This document shows positions 8,337 through 17,840 of a stretch of 37,101 bases of DNA, piece by piece. This DNA is from Candidatus Cloacimonadota bacterium (lineage in GTDB: Bacteria; Cloacimonadota; Cloacimonadia; Cloacimonadales; WRIO01): the NCBI GenBank assembly GCA_029564175.1, contig JAKQQL010000365.1:1-37101 (forward strand), read 5' to 3'. Both the position numbers and the translations under genes were made by a program. The notes beneath the pieces are model-generated. The model worked only from the letters and a program-made list of their open reading frames with translations. It was not told where the DNA came from and did not search any database. The first letter of the stretch is position 1. The number at the start of each line of letters is the position of its first letter.

Positions 8337-9173
8337 ATGTCAGGTATCATTTTTTTTAAGACAAAATCATTAGAGAAGGTTAGCGATTTCTACATTCATC
8401 AATTGGATATGCGTTTATGGCTGAAACAGGTCAACTGCAACATATTACAGTCTGACCAGTTACTTATTGGCTTTCTGGAAGCTGAGCAGGCAGAAACAGA
8501 GGGAATCATCACATTCTTTTTTAAGACTAAAGAAGAAGTCGATTACTACTATGAAAAGCTAAAGCATATCTCAGTAAATGCACCACTGATGAATGATAAA
8601 TATCAAATATATCATTTTTATGCAAAAGATCCGGAAGGGCGAAAAATAGAATTTCAATGTTTTATCCATCATCTGAGACCCTGGCTGAGTGGTAAATGTC
8701 TACTTCGAAAAAGACGTTCAATCAGACAGTTTACCAGTGAACCGGTAGAAAAAGAGCTGCTGGAAAAAGTGTTTAATCTGTGTAAATATGCCCCTACATC
8801 CAGAAATTCTCAGAGCTTTTACTTTGTTGTTATCAGCAATCCTGAACAGCGAGATGAGATAGCCAGAATCAGAGAGGGAGCTAGTGCACCCATCGCAAAA
8901 GCACCTTTAGCCGTAGCGGTGGTTGCTGACAGCAAGAAAACTAAAAGGCTGGAACAAGATGCCTGCATTGCAGCTTCTTACTTACTCTTATCTGCTCATT
9001 TATATGGATTAGGAACTTGTTGGATTACTGACATGAATCGTGATGAGATAAAATCAATGTTGGATATCCCTCAGGATGACTATATTGCCTGTGTAACGCC
9101 TATCGGTTATCCTAAGGAATTCCCTGAAATCCCTACCAGAAGAAGTACAGATGAGTTTGTATTCTGGAAATAA
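8337..9173 (+). CDS. VOC/glyoxalase-domain + nitroreductase fusion
   Basis: N-half ends FYAKDPEGRKIEF (VOC); C-half has RRSIRQF, APTSRNSQ, GLGTCWI, IGYP (nitroreductase). Confidence 0.85.
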   Translation: MSGIIFFKTKSLEKVSDFYIHQLDMRLWLKQVNCNILQSDQLLIGFLEAEQAETEGIITFFFKTKEEVDYYYEKLKHISVNAPLMNDKYQIYHFYAKDPEGRKIEFQCFIHHLRPWLSGKCLLRKRRSIRQFTSEPVEKELLEKVFNLCKYAPTSRNSQSFYFVVISNPEQRDEIARIREGASAPIAKAPLAVAVVADSKKTKRLEQDACIAASYLLLSAHLYGLGTCWITDMNRDEIKSMLDIPQDDYIACVTPIGYPKEFPEIPTRRSTDEFVFWK

Positions 9174-9186
9174 CCTGATTTTTCAG

Positions 9187-9222
9187 TTGACATTTATGAC
9201 CAGCCTGATAAAAGCTGGTCAT
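9187..9222 (+). promoter_or_regulatory. candidate promoter with overlapping inverted-repeat operator
   Basis: TTGACA at 9187-9192; ATGACCAGC-n9-GCTGGTCAT at 9196-9222, directly before the GAGGTG RBS. Confidence 0.4.
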
Positions 9223-9230
9223 GAGGTGTC

Positions 9231-10103
9231 ATGAAAGAGATAGAAGCAAAGTGTATTCTCGTACCAAACAAAGGGCCTTCCAGCTGGTTTGGGATCAAAT
9301 ATAATTTTAATGTATATCGGGCTTGCCCACATGGTTGTATTTACTGTGATTCCAGAAGTGAATGTTATCAGATAACGGACTTTAATGATATAGAAGCTAA
9401 AATCAATGCACCTGAATTGCTGGATAAAACGCTCGCCGGGAAACGAAAGAAATGTGTTTTAGGCACAGGTTCCATGAGTGATCCATACTTACCTTTGGAA
9501 AAGGAAAGATGTTTAACTCAGAAGTGTATTGAACAGGTGATTAAACACAAGTTCGGGCTTCATATCGTCACTAAAAGCAGTTTGATTGAAAGAGATTTAC
9601 CTTTGTTTCAGGAATTTACTGATACTCATCTTTCCGTAGCGATCACTATTACCAGTGCTTTTGATGCGGTATCTGAGAAGATTGAACCTTATGCCCCTTT
9701 ATCATCCAGAAGATTTAAAACGATTGAAACGCTGAGTCAGGCAGGAATTTTTACCGGAATATTGATGATGCCGATGTTACCCTTTATTTCAGATAATAAA
9801 AAGAATGTGCTTAGTATTATTCAAAAAGCGAAGGATGCAGGGGCTTCTTACATATTTCCATGGTTTTCGGTTACCTTGCGTGACAGACAGAGAGAATACT
9901 TTTATCAGAAGCTGGATGAACTCTATCCGGGTTTAAAACGACAGTATCAGATGCGATATAAAAATAACTATCATTGTGATTCTCCAAATGCCTCTGCTTT
10001 ATATGACTTTTTTTATGAGATGTGTGATAAATACCAGATTATTTCCAAGATGGAGAATTTGCCCTGGATCAATAATCCGGATTATTATTTAAAGAAAGGT
10101 TAG
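9231..10103 (+). CDS. radical SAM protein, SplB/Rv2578c-like
   Basis: NVYRACPHGCIYC (CxxxCxxC), GSMSDPY, TKS..IERD, IEPYAP..RR. Confidence 0.88.
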   Translation: MKEIEAKCILVPNKGPSSWFGIKYNFNVYRACPHGCIYCDSRSECYQITDFNDIEAKINAPELLDKTLAGKRKKCVLGTGSMSDPYLPLEKERCLTQKCIEQVIKHKFGLHIVTKSSLIERDLPLFQEFTDTHLSVAITITSAFDAVSEKIEPYAPLSSRRFKTIETLSQAGIFTGILMMPMLPFISDNKKNVLSIIQKAKDAGASYIFPWFSVTLRDRQREYFYQKLDELYPGLKRQYQMRYKNNYHCDSPNASALYDFFYEMCDKYQIISKMENLPWINNPDYYLKKG

Positions 10104-10108
10104 ACTAT

Positions 10109-11155
10109 ATGCCATACCCCGTTATTGACTGCCATGCAGACACATTTTCCAAACAGCTTCTTTTTCAAAAAAATCCTGCCTACTTATCTTTGTTAAAAAT
10201 GAGAAACCCTGATTGTCAGCAGTTTTTGGAGATTACTCCGGAAAGATGCAAGCAGGCAAATCTCAGAATCCAGACCCAGTCACTCTATATGCATCAGGCA
10301 TTTATGGATAAACCATTGAAACACGCACTGAAGATCATTGCTTTAGTTCAACAGTTCATCAAAGAAAACCCAGAATTTTACCTGGTGAAGTCATTTGATC
10401 AAAAAAACTGGGATGAGAAAATGGGCATCTTATTATCCATAGAAGGGCTGGAAGTGATTGAAGAAAATCTCGATCTGATGGATGTATTTTATGAGCTGGG
10501 CGTGCGGATGATTGCTCCAAACTGGAATCGACTGACTCCCTGGTTATCACCGGTTACTGAAAATTCAGGGATGTTATCCAGAGGGATGGATTTAGTCAAA
10601 CAGCTTAACCAGATGAATGTATTACTGGATATTTCTCATTTATCTGATCAGTCTGTTTTTGACCTTGAGAAAGTTTATCAGGGCACGATTATTGCTTCTC
10701 ATTCCAATATTAGAAATCTTACTCCTGAAAAAAGAAATCTGTCAGATGATCTCATAGAAATAATCAGAGAAAGACAAGGTTTAATTGGAATTAATTTTTA
10801 TCCTGTTTTCTTACAATCGGAAATCAGTCATTTTAAAAAAAGATACTCAGATTTGTCTTTTACAGATCAGGTATTATACGATAAAGATTATCAGGCCTCT
10901 GATTTTACAGATACTTATCCGGTCAGTTTCTTATGGATTTTGAATATACTGGAATATCTTGATAAAAAGAATGCACTCGATTGTGTTTGTTTTGGTGCAG
11001 ATTTTGATGGAATTGAGCAGTATAGCCCAGGGCTGGAAAATCCAAGTGGATTTCCTATACTGGAAAGCTTTTTAAGAAAAATTGGATGTGAAGAGACTTT
11101 GATAAAGAAAATATTCTTTGAAAATGCATTGGCTGTTTTGAAAAGAGTGTTATAG
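10109..11155 (+). CDS. membrane dipeptidase (peptidase M19)
   Basis: IDCHADT, LSIEG, LDISH, IASHSN, RNLSDD, GADFDG motifs. Confidence 0.88.
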   Translation: MPYPVIDCHADTFSKQLLFQKNPAYLSLLKMRNPDCQQFLEITPERCKQANLRIQTQSLYMHQAFMDKPLKHALKIIALVQQFIKENPEFYLVKSFDQKNWDEKMGILLSIEGLEVIEENLDLMDVFYELGVRMIAPNWNRLTPWLSPVTENSGMLSRGMDLVKQLNQMNVLLDISHLSDQSVFDLEKVYQGTIIASHSNIRNLTPEKRNLSDDLIEIIRERQGLIGINFYPVFLQSEISHFKKRYSDLSFTDQVLYDKDYQASDFTDTYPVSFLWILNILEYLDKKNALDCVCFGADFDGIEQYSPGLENPSGFPILESFLRKIGCEETLIKKIFFENALAVLKRVL

Positions 11156-11168
11156 TTTAAAAGAAAAA

Positions 11169-11215
11169 CCGTAAATCTGTATGAAGTTGTAATTTAAACT
11201 TTTTCAGATTTACGG
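11169..11215. terminator. hairpin terminator between convergent genes
   Basis: ccgtaaatctg / cagatttacgg stem with inner pairing. Confidence 0.55.
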
Positions 11216-11242
11216 AATTCTATAGATTACTTGTTTTCTGAG

Positions 11243-11404
11243 TTATTCCGGTTTTTTCTTGTATATTTTCTCAAGACTGAGTATCAATAAATAGAAAACC
11301 AACATGAAGATAAATATCCCCAGCATGCCTTTTCCCATGACACTAAGTGCCTGAAACATGACATCAACAGATTCGGGTGAGAAGGGAGTATTGGCAGTAT
11401 TCAT
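11243..11404 (-). CDS. small single-TM protein, OadG (gamma)-related decarboxylase subunit; absent from the ORF track
   Basis: Hand translation: MNTANTPFSPESVDVMFQALSVMGKGMLGIFIFMLVFYLLILSLEKIYKKKPE* (53 aa); GGAG RBS; begins 10 nt after the oadB stop; GM-G-F hydrophobic segment. Confidence 0.8.
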   Translation of the reverse strand: MNTANTPFSPESVDVMFQALSVMGKGMLGIFIFMLVFYLLILSLEKIYKKKPE

Positions 11405-11413
11405 TTTTTTCTC

Positions 11414-12514
11414 CTATCGAATTAAAGCTAAGATCAAACCACCAGCGATCACAGAACCAATCTGACCGGCTACATTGGCACTTGTGGCTGCCATTAAAAG
11501 GAAATTATGCGGATCTTCTTTTTGTCCCATTTTCTGAATCACTCTGGCAGACATTGGGAAGGCTGAAATACCAGCAGCTCCCACCATTGGATTTACTTTG
11601 TGTTTTAAAAAGAGATTGAGTAATTTGGCAAACATGACACCACCTGCTGTATCGAATACAAAGGCGATTAAGCCAAGACCCAGAATAACCATTGTTTCAA
11701 CCTGTAAGAATTTATCTGCAGTCATGGTAGATGCAATTGTTAAACCAAGCAGAATTGTTACAAGATTTGCCAGTTCGTTTTGAGCTGATCTGGAAAGTCT
11801 TTCCAAAACACCACATTCTCTGAGCAGATTTCCAAACATTAAAAATCCAACTAATGCTACTGATGATGGTGCTACCAAACCAGCGATAATGGTAATCAGG
11901 ATAGGGAAGAGGATTTTAACGGTTTGTGAGACTTCGTTGCTATTTGATCTCATTCTGATTTTACGTTCTTCTTTAGTGGTTAAAAGCTTTATAACAGGTG
12001 GCTGAATAATTGGTACAAGCGCCATGTAAGAATATGCGGCAACAGATATAGGCCCTAACAAATCCGGTGCAAAGCGGGAAGCAACATATATTGATGTTGG
12101 ACCGTCTGCGGCACCAATAATACCAATGGATGCAGCCTGTTTCAGGCTAAAACCAAAGAGAGTTGCAGAAGTCATGGTAAAGAAGATACCAAACTGAGCT
12201 GCTGCACCAAACAATAACATAAAGGGATTTTTTAATAAAACAGAAAAATCAATCATTGCGCCGATGGCGATGAATATGAGTAATGGAAATAACTCATTGG
12301 CAATACCGGCTTTGAATAAAAAGGTTAAGACTCCATGCTCACCTATAGCTGCTGAAAAGGGGATATTGGCTAAAATTGTGCCAAATCCGATAGGCAGCAG
12401 TAATGCTGGTTCATAATCTTTTTTTATTGCTAAGTAGATTAGAATACCGGCAATTACCAGCATCGTTATTTGACCAAGCGTGATATTAACGATACCTTCA
12501 ACTAACTGTTCCAT
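11414..12514 (-). CDS. oadB: sodium-translocating decarboxylase beta subunit
   Basis: YEPALLLPIGFG, LLFGAAAQFGIF, IGIIGAADGPT, AAYSYMALVPIIQPP, GISAFPMSAR, NVAGQIGS. Confidence 0.95.
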   Translation of the reverse strand: MEQLVEGIVNITLGQITMLVIAGILIYLAIKKDYEPALLLPIGFGTILANIPFSAAIGEHGVLTFLFKAGIANELFPLLIFIAIGAMIDFSVLLKNPFMLLFGAAAQFGIFFTMTSATLFGFSLKQAASIGIIGAADGPTSIYVASRFAPDLLGPISVAAYSYMALVPIIQPPVIKLLTTKEERKIRMRSNSNEVSQTVKILFPILITIIAGLVAPSSVALVGFLMFGNLLRECGVLERLSRSAQNELANLVTILLGLTIASTMTADKFLQVETMVILGLGLIAFVFDTAGGVMFAKLLNLFLKHKVNPMVGAAGISAFPMSARVIQKMGQKEDPHNFLLMAATSANVAGQIGSVIAGGLILALIR

Positions 12515-12609
12515 AATGCTCCTTATTATACTTATCTTTTTGAAGTCAGATTATTTTTAAATAGAAAATCTGTAAAGCACTAATTCAATAAATCAAAAAC
12601 AAGAAGAGC

Positions 12610-12972
12610 TTACTCTTTAGATTGAAATGGAATGATATGAAGATTTTGCAGAAAAAACATCATGATAAAGTAAAAGACAATCATAATGACAAGACTCAAA
12701 ATTAGTGATATATAAAATCCAAATCCTTTTTTCAGCAGAAGCGGAAGGCAGATAAAGAAGGATAGTGACGGAATCACTAAATAGAATATGTCGATTGATA
12801 AACGGCTGATCAACTTAATATCTTTCGTGTCCAGGTACAACCAGATAATGCTCAAAACAGACAGTAAGGGAACAGATGCCAGAATACTCCCTGCTATACT
12901 GCTTCTTTTACTGATTTCAGAAATAAGAGTGATTAAAATGGCTGATACAATCACTTTAATAAAGTAATACAT
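12610..12972 (-). CDS. DUF3147-like small membrane protein
   Basis: ISEISKRS..GSILASVPLLS..WLY, VIPSL.FF pattern; GGAGG RBS before ATG 12972. Confidence 0.75.
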   Translation of the reverse strand: MYYFIKVIVSAILITLISEISKRSSIAGSILASVPLLSVLSIIWLYLDTKDIKLISRLSIDIFYLVIPSLSFFICLPLLLKKGFGFYISLILSLVIMIVFYFIMMFFLQNLHIIPFQSKE

Positions 12973-13136
12973 AGAAACCTCCATAGAATATATGATAAGT
13001 GATTTGTTCTATAATCACATCTTTTTTTTGATTAACAAGTTAAAATAGATTTGATTTCAAGTATGAGAATGATTTTTTTAAAAATTAGTTGACTTTCATG
13101 CCTTAACATAAAAATTAACCATATTAAGGAGGACGA

Positions 13137-15203
13137 ATGATCATAAATAAAAAATCAATCGTGTTAATTTCATTGATGCTACAGTTGATCGGCATCATGA
13201 GTCTTTATGCTCAACCGGTGAATGCTATTAGTGTTTTACCGCTGACTCATCATTTAAGTGAAGAAGAACAGGCACTTATGCCCTTGTGGACTGCTGGCAG
13301 AGAAAGAAGTACTCCACCGCTTGGACCAGTCAGACCTGTTGCAGAATTTGAACCGCTTACATCTGTATTAGTACGCTATCCATTAGGATTTCCGGTAAAT
13401 TTGATTAAACAATTTGCAGAAGAAATTACCGTAGTCACTATTGTCGGTAGTGAATCAGTGAAAAATCAGGCAATTAGTGCATACAATGCTGCTCAGGTGA
13501 ATATGGCTAACTGTAAATTCATGATTGGTGCTACCAACTCTTACTGGACAAGAGATTACGGTCCTTGGTTTGCATTTGATGGTAATAACCAGTTATCAGT
13601 CATTGATTTTACCTACAACCGTCCACGTCCTTTGGATGATGCTTTGATTCCGATTTATGCGACTTATGATACCTTAAGTTGTTACACGATGTCTATCTCA
13701 CAGACCGGTGGTAATTACATGACAGATGGTATCAGCAAAGCAGCTTCTTCTCACATTGCCTATACCGAAAATGGTAATAATCAGACAAATGTTGACAATC
13801 AGATGCTTCAGTACTTAGGTGTTGAAGATTATCATGTCTTACAAGATCCAAATAATACTTATATCGACCATATCGATTGTTGGGGAAAATTCTTAGGTCC
13901 TGATAAAATATTAATTCGCTCAGTACCGACTTCCCATGCTCAGTACAATGCTTTAGAACAAATGGCTCAGTACTGGTCAAATCAGATGAGCTCTTATAAC
14001 AGACCTTTCAGGGTTTACAGAGTCTATACACCTAACAATCAACCTTATACCAATTCTGTGATTTTAAACAATCGCGTTTTTGTGCCCATTATGAATAACA
14101 GTAATGATGCCGCTGCCTTGCAAACTTATCGTGATGCAATGCCTGGTTATACCATTATTGGGGTTTTAAATAGCAGCTCTACTCCATGGGAATCAACAGA
14201 TGCTTTACATTGCCGTACTCATGAAATCCCTGATCGTAGAATGCTTTATATCAGTCATACACCATTAAGTTATGACCAAGATTTACAGGAAAGCTATCCA
14301 ATCAATGTGAATATTACTTCTCATAGTAATGGAACGCTTATCGCTGATTCAACTAAAGTTTATTTTAAAGTCAATCAAGGTAATTATACAAGTACCAGTT
14401 TGAATTTTATTGAAAATAATCTATATCGTGCTAATATTCCTTGCCCAGCACCAGGAGATACTGTTTATTACTATATTCATGGCGTTGATTCTAATAATAA
14501 AAAAAATAATCATCCAATAATGGGTGCTTATGAACCTCATTATTTTATAATTAGTAATGAGGATGATATTCAAGCTCCGGTGATTAGCCATACTCCAGTA
14601 CCTATTATACATGCTTTTGAGTTTCCTTACACGATATCAGCTAACGTAACTGATAATGTTGCAGTATCTGAAGTCACCTTCCAATACCATACCGGTAATC
14701 CTGAACAGGTTAGCACACTCACAATGGCTGAGGCAGAAGAAAATATCTGGAATTGTCAGATAGAAATGAGCCATTTTGGTACTTCTACTGAATTGTACTA
14801 TCGAATTCTTGCTAAAGACAATGCTAATCCTCAGAATGTAAGCATTTTCCCTGCTGATAGTACCTGGATTATGTGTCAATTAGGTGTGGCAAATGAAGAT
14901 ATCGTTTCTGTTAATAATCAGGATCAGTTTATCTCTGTTTATCCTAACCCAATTAACTTTAACCAATCCAAGATTAATTTAAAATATTCAACCAGTGATG
15001 CAAAACAGGTTAAATTTGAATTCTTCAATATCAAAGGTCAGAAGGTATATGAATTTAATCAGTTTAACCGTAAAAATGATACCCGTAATGTTCAGCTGGA
15101 TATCAATAATCAGATGAAATCTCAGTTAAAATCAGGTATCTATTTTATCAAAATGTCAACCAAAGATTACAGTATTACCAAAAAGGTGATTGTAATTAAA
15201 TAA
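13137..15203 (+). CDS. secreted agmatine/peptidylarginine deiminase family protein with C-terminal sorting domain
   Basis: Signal peptide; AEFEP, WTRDYGPW, GGN...DG, DHID, LHCRT; Ig-like spacers; C-terminal YPNP..FNIKGQKV..SGIYFI..KKVIVIK. Confidence 0.88.
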   Translation: MIINKKSIVLISLMLQLIGIMSLYAQPVNAISVLPLTHHLSEEEQALMPLWTAGRERSTPPLGPVRPVAEFEPLTSVLVRYPLGFPVNLIKQFAEEITVVTIVGSESVKNQAISAYNAAQVNMANCKFMIGATNSYWTRDYGPWFAFDGNNQLSVIDFTYNRPRPLDDALIPIYATYDTLSCYTMSISQTGGNYMTDGISKAASSHIAYTENGNNQTNVDNQMLQYLGVEDYHVLQDPNNTYIDHIDCWGKFLGPDKILIRSVPTSHAQYNALEQMAQYWSNQMSSYNRPFRVYRVYTPNNQPYTNSVILNNRVFVPIMNNSNDAAALQTYRDAMPGYTIIGVLNSSSTPWESTDALHCRTHEIPDRRMLYISHTPLSYDQDLQESYPINVNITSHSNGTLIADSTKVYFKVNQGNYTSTSLNFIENNLYRANIPCPAPGDTVYYYIHGVDSNNKKNNHPIMGAYEPHYFIISNEDDIQAPVISHTPVPIIHAFEFPYTISANVTDNVAVSEVTFQYHTGNPEQVSTLTMAEAEENIWNCQIEMSHFGTSTELYYRILAKDNANPQNVSIFPADSTWIMCQLGVANEDIVSVNNQDQFISVYPNPINFNQSKINLKYSTSDAKQVKFEFFNIKGQKVYEFNQFNRKNDTRNVQLDINNQMKSQLKSGIYFIKMSTKDYSITKKVIVIK

Positions 15204-15211
15204 TAAGTTGT

Positions 15212-15239
15212 AAGGGATGCCTTCGGGTATCCCTTTTTT
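15212..15239 (+). terminator. intrinsic terminator
   Basis: aagggatgcc-ttcg-ggtatccctt plus T-run. Confidence 0.85.
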
Positions 15240-15260
15240 CTCGTACTATACCTTAAGCTG

Positions 15261-15400
15261 ATTCCCCTTCTATGGAGGGGTGGCACGGTTATCGTAGCGC
15301 AAGCTACCAGCTTGCGAATAAAAAATCTTTAATGACAAGCAGGTTGCTTGCCATACAACCAGCTTGTAACGTACGTCAACGGGCAGGATGCCCGTTCTAC
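15261..15400. repeat. cluster of a truncated GC-rich hairpin element and three type-A REP-like palindromes
   Basis: attccccttctatggaggggtggcacgg (15261-15288); REP + 15294-15316; REP - 15334-15356; REP - 15378-15400. Confidence 0.8.
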
Positions 15401-15413
15401 AGAAGGAGTTATT

Positions 15414-16805
15414 ATGTCATATATCTGCAAAGAATGTCATGAAAACAAAACAGGCTGTTGCCGGTTTCTTCCACAATCCGATAGTATTCAAATAGGTATC
15501 ACTTTCCCTGAAATTTACCGGATTATGAAAGGAACTAAGCTGTCTTATCAGGATTTTATCGAAAGAGATCAGATTGATGAAAAGATAGTTGATTCACTGT
15601 CTGAGAATATCCATCCTGTTTTTAAACAGATATTTCACGGAAACTATCGATTCAAGTTAAAAACCAACCAGGGGAATTGTGTATTTTTAGGTAGTGAAGG
15701 CTGTACTTTGGATAGAGAAATCAGACCCCATTATTGTAATCTGTATCCATTTTGGTTAGTACCGGATAGTGACAGACTTCAAGTCCTGATTAGTCAGGAA
15801 TGCCTGGCTCAGCTGAAAGCGAAAAACATCAGTAACTTACTTCAACTCTTTGAAGTATCTAGAGAGAATGTCCTCAATGAGTTTAAAGCACTTGAAAAGG
15901 ATCTGATTGATCATGTGGAAACAGTTGGAAATTATCATTATAAAGTCTTTGAAAGCCATTTTACTTTCAGACCTTTAAGACACGAAGATAAGGGATCTGT
16001 TTTGGAATTGGTTAAGAATATCTGGGATGGTGATGATTATATGCCATACATCTTTGATAAATGGGTGGATGACCCTAAGGGTGAGTTTACCGGTGCTTTT
16101 CTGGAGAATGAACTGGTAGGTCTGGCAAAACTATCCTTTTATGCAGATGGATATGCCTGGCTGGAAGGTCTTCGCGCAAATCCGAATGCAAAAGTCAGAG
16201 GCATTGCTACAGCCTTTAACCGTTATATGATAAGTCGAATTAATCAGTATCCTGATATCAAAGCGATAGAGTTTAATACTTATTTTGCTAATTATGCTTC
16301 AATTCACGCAGCTGAGAAAAACGGTTTTAAGAAAATGGCTATCTGGTCTTATAAAGTCAGAGATCTTGATGATGAAATGACTAAAGCTGATTATGAAACA
16401 GATGAACTTGATATTAATGACTTAATGACTATCCTCAGAATCAGCACTTTCCTTCAGGCTGAAAGAATCTGTTCCGGATGGGAAGCTTATCCGATAATTG
16501 AGGAAGTTATTCATTCGCATTTTATCAGCAGCAGCAACTATCTGTACAAAAAAGACAAAAGTCTGATCTTGTTTGAAATGGATGATTTACAGAGAGTTGG
16601 GCATATATGCCTGATGGATAGTAATGATCCAAACGAACTGGAAAAGCAATTAAATGCCTTCTTTGGTATATGTAAAGCGAAAGAATACAAAGAAATTGAT
16701 TGTACCATTCCGGAAACTTTTCCTTATCAGACATTACTGAAAGAATTAAGCTTTTATAGTTTCGAGCAGGAAAATGATTATTTTCTGTTTAGGTATAAGG
16801 GATAG
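15414..16805 (+). CDS. YkgJ/CxxCxxCC cysteine-cluster domain fused to a GNAT acetyltransferase
   Basis: CKEC..GCC, CVFL...GC, RPHYCNLYPF; then IWDGDDY, AWLEGLR..P...RGIA, N.ASI...EKNGF. AAGGAG RBS before ATG 15414; the longer ORF start runs through REPs. Confidence 0.8.
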   Translation: MSYICKECHENKTGCCRFLPQSDSIQIGITFPEIYRIMKGTKLSYQDFIERDQIDEKIVDSLSENIHPVFKQIFHGNYRFKLKTNQGNCVFLGSEGCTLDREIRPHYCNLYPFWLVPDSDRLQVLISQECLAQLKAKNISNLLQLFEVSRENVLNEFKALEKDLIDHVETVGNYHYKVFESHFTFRPLRHEDKGSVLELVKNIWDGDDYMPYIFDKWVDDPKGEFTGAFLENELVGLAKLSFYADGYAWLEGLRANPNAKVRGIATAFNRYMISRINQYPDIKAIEFNTYFANYASIHAAEKNGFKKMAIWSYKVRDLDDEMTKADYETDELDINDLMTILRISTFLQAERICSGWEAYPIIEEVIHSHFISSSNYLYKKDKSLILFEMDDLQRVGHICLMDSNDPNELEKQLNAFFGICKAKEYKEIDCTIPETFPYQTLLKELSFYSFEQENDYFLFRYKG

Positions 16806-16831
16806 ATGATTTCAAAGTGATATATAAAGAT

Positions 16832-16978
16832 AGGTTTATAGGGATACGCGAAACGAAGTGCCGCTCATCTGAAATGATTTACCACATAAGATATATTTAA
16901 CCACTGAAAAAGGAAAACCACGGAAAAGTGTTACGGAGGAACGAAAGAATGTAGGGTAAGCAACTCTGCTTGCCAAAA
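16832..16978 (+). repeat. composite ~148-nt direct repeat, copy 1
   Basis: Aligns along its length with 17248-17396. Confidence 0.9.
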
Positions 16979-17128
16979 CCTTAAACTAACACCCTCTATA
17001 TATTACCCGGACAAAAATCAGATTATCTGTCTTTTCGGCAGATTTATTTTAAAAATTCTGATAAAAGACTCTATTGGTATTAAAAATGAGCTATTTTCTA
17101 AAAAGTGTGCAGGAATAAATGAGAAATT

Positions 17129-17151
17129 GTAGAACGACCTTCCAGGTCGTT
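17129..17151 (+). repeat. type-A REP-like palindrome (stem variant)
   Basis: gtag-aacgacct-tcc-aggtcgtt. Confidence 0.75.
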
Positions 17152-17247
17152 GACGATACGATAAATTCACGAACTTCTCTGAACTACTAATATTTAAACA
17201 AAGAGACAAAGAGAACGCAGAGTTAAGGCAAAGAGAAAAATAATGTC

Positions 17248-17396
17248 AGGTTTGTAGGGAAGCGCGAAACGAAGTGCCGCTCATCCGAAATGATTTACCA
17301 CAAAAGATATATTCAACCACGGAAATACGGAAAGCCACGGAAAAGTGTTACGGAGGAACGAAAGAGTGTAAAGTAAGCATCCCCTGCTTGCCAAAA
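17248..17396 (+). repeat. composite ~148-nt direct repeat, copy 2
   Basis: Aligns along its length with 16832-16978. Confidence 0.9.
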
Positions 17397-17452
17397 AGAA
17401 TATAAATTCTCGAAATAACGAACACCCGAAATTTTTCTGGTTAATCACTCAA

Positions 17453-17586
17453 GAGCCTGTGCAAAAAAGACAATTCCGTAGGAATGATATCTAATTAACA
17501 CGGTGCATAAGCGCCGTGATAGCAATGAGATACACTGTTTAGAGCCGTAGGGCGGCACAGTAAATTCAACATTATTGCACATACTC
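17453..17586 (+). mobile_element. MITE-like element (type C) with terminal inverted repeats and 4-bp direct flank
   Basis: gagcctgtgcaaaaa ... ttattgcacatactc, with TCAA on both sides (17449-17452, 17587-17590). Confidence 0.7.
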
Positions 17587-17707
17587 TCAAGGCATAAAAC
17601 ATACAATGACAGATCATTGGTGCTGGTAAGTTTACCGGAGGTTCTTGTATTTTTGTAAATAAAAACGCTTAAATTTCCAATCCTGAAATGACATCTTCGC
17701 AGGAGCG

Positions 17708-17839
17708 TAGCCCTGACATCTTCGTAGCAACGACATCCCTACAAAATTCAGGGGCAGCGTCCTGTGATCTACGCAGATGTCAGGACTACGTCCCTTTTCG
17801 TGCTTTTCATCTGATTGCTACGAAGACCACAGGGCTAAA
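17708..17839. repeat. type-D repeats (gctacgaagatgtcagggcta) in inverted arrangement
   Basis: Reverse copy 17708-17728, forward variants 17769-17790 and 17817-17839; further copies at 20630-20656 and 20884-20906. Confidence 0.75.
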
Positions 17840-17840
17840 T

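Noticed and set aside
15348..15413. N-terminal extension of the YkgJ-GNAT protein as another coding REP insertion
   Set aside because: A strong AAGGAG RBS precedes ATG 15414, so the REPs are upstream of the gene.
16832..17396. CRISPR array or attachment-site pair
   Set aside because: Only two long, diverged copies; no regular spacers, cas gene or integrase in the window.
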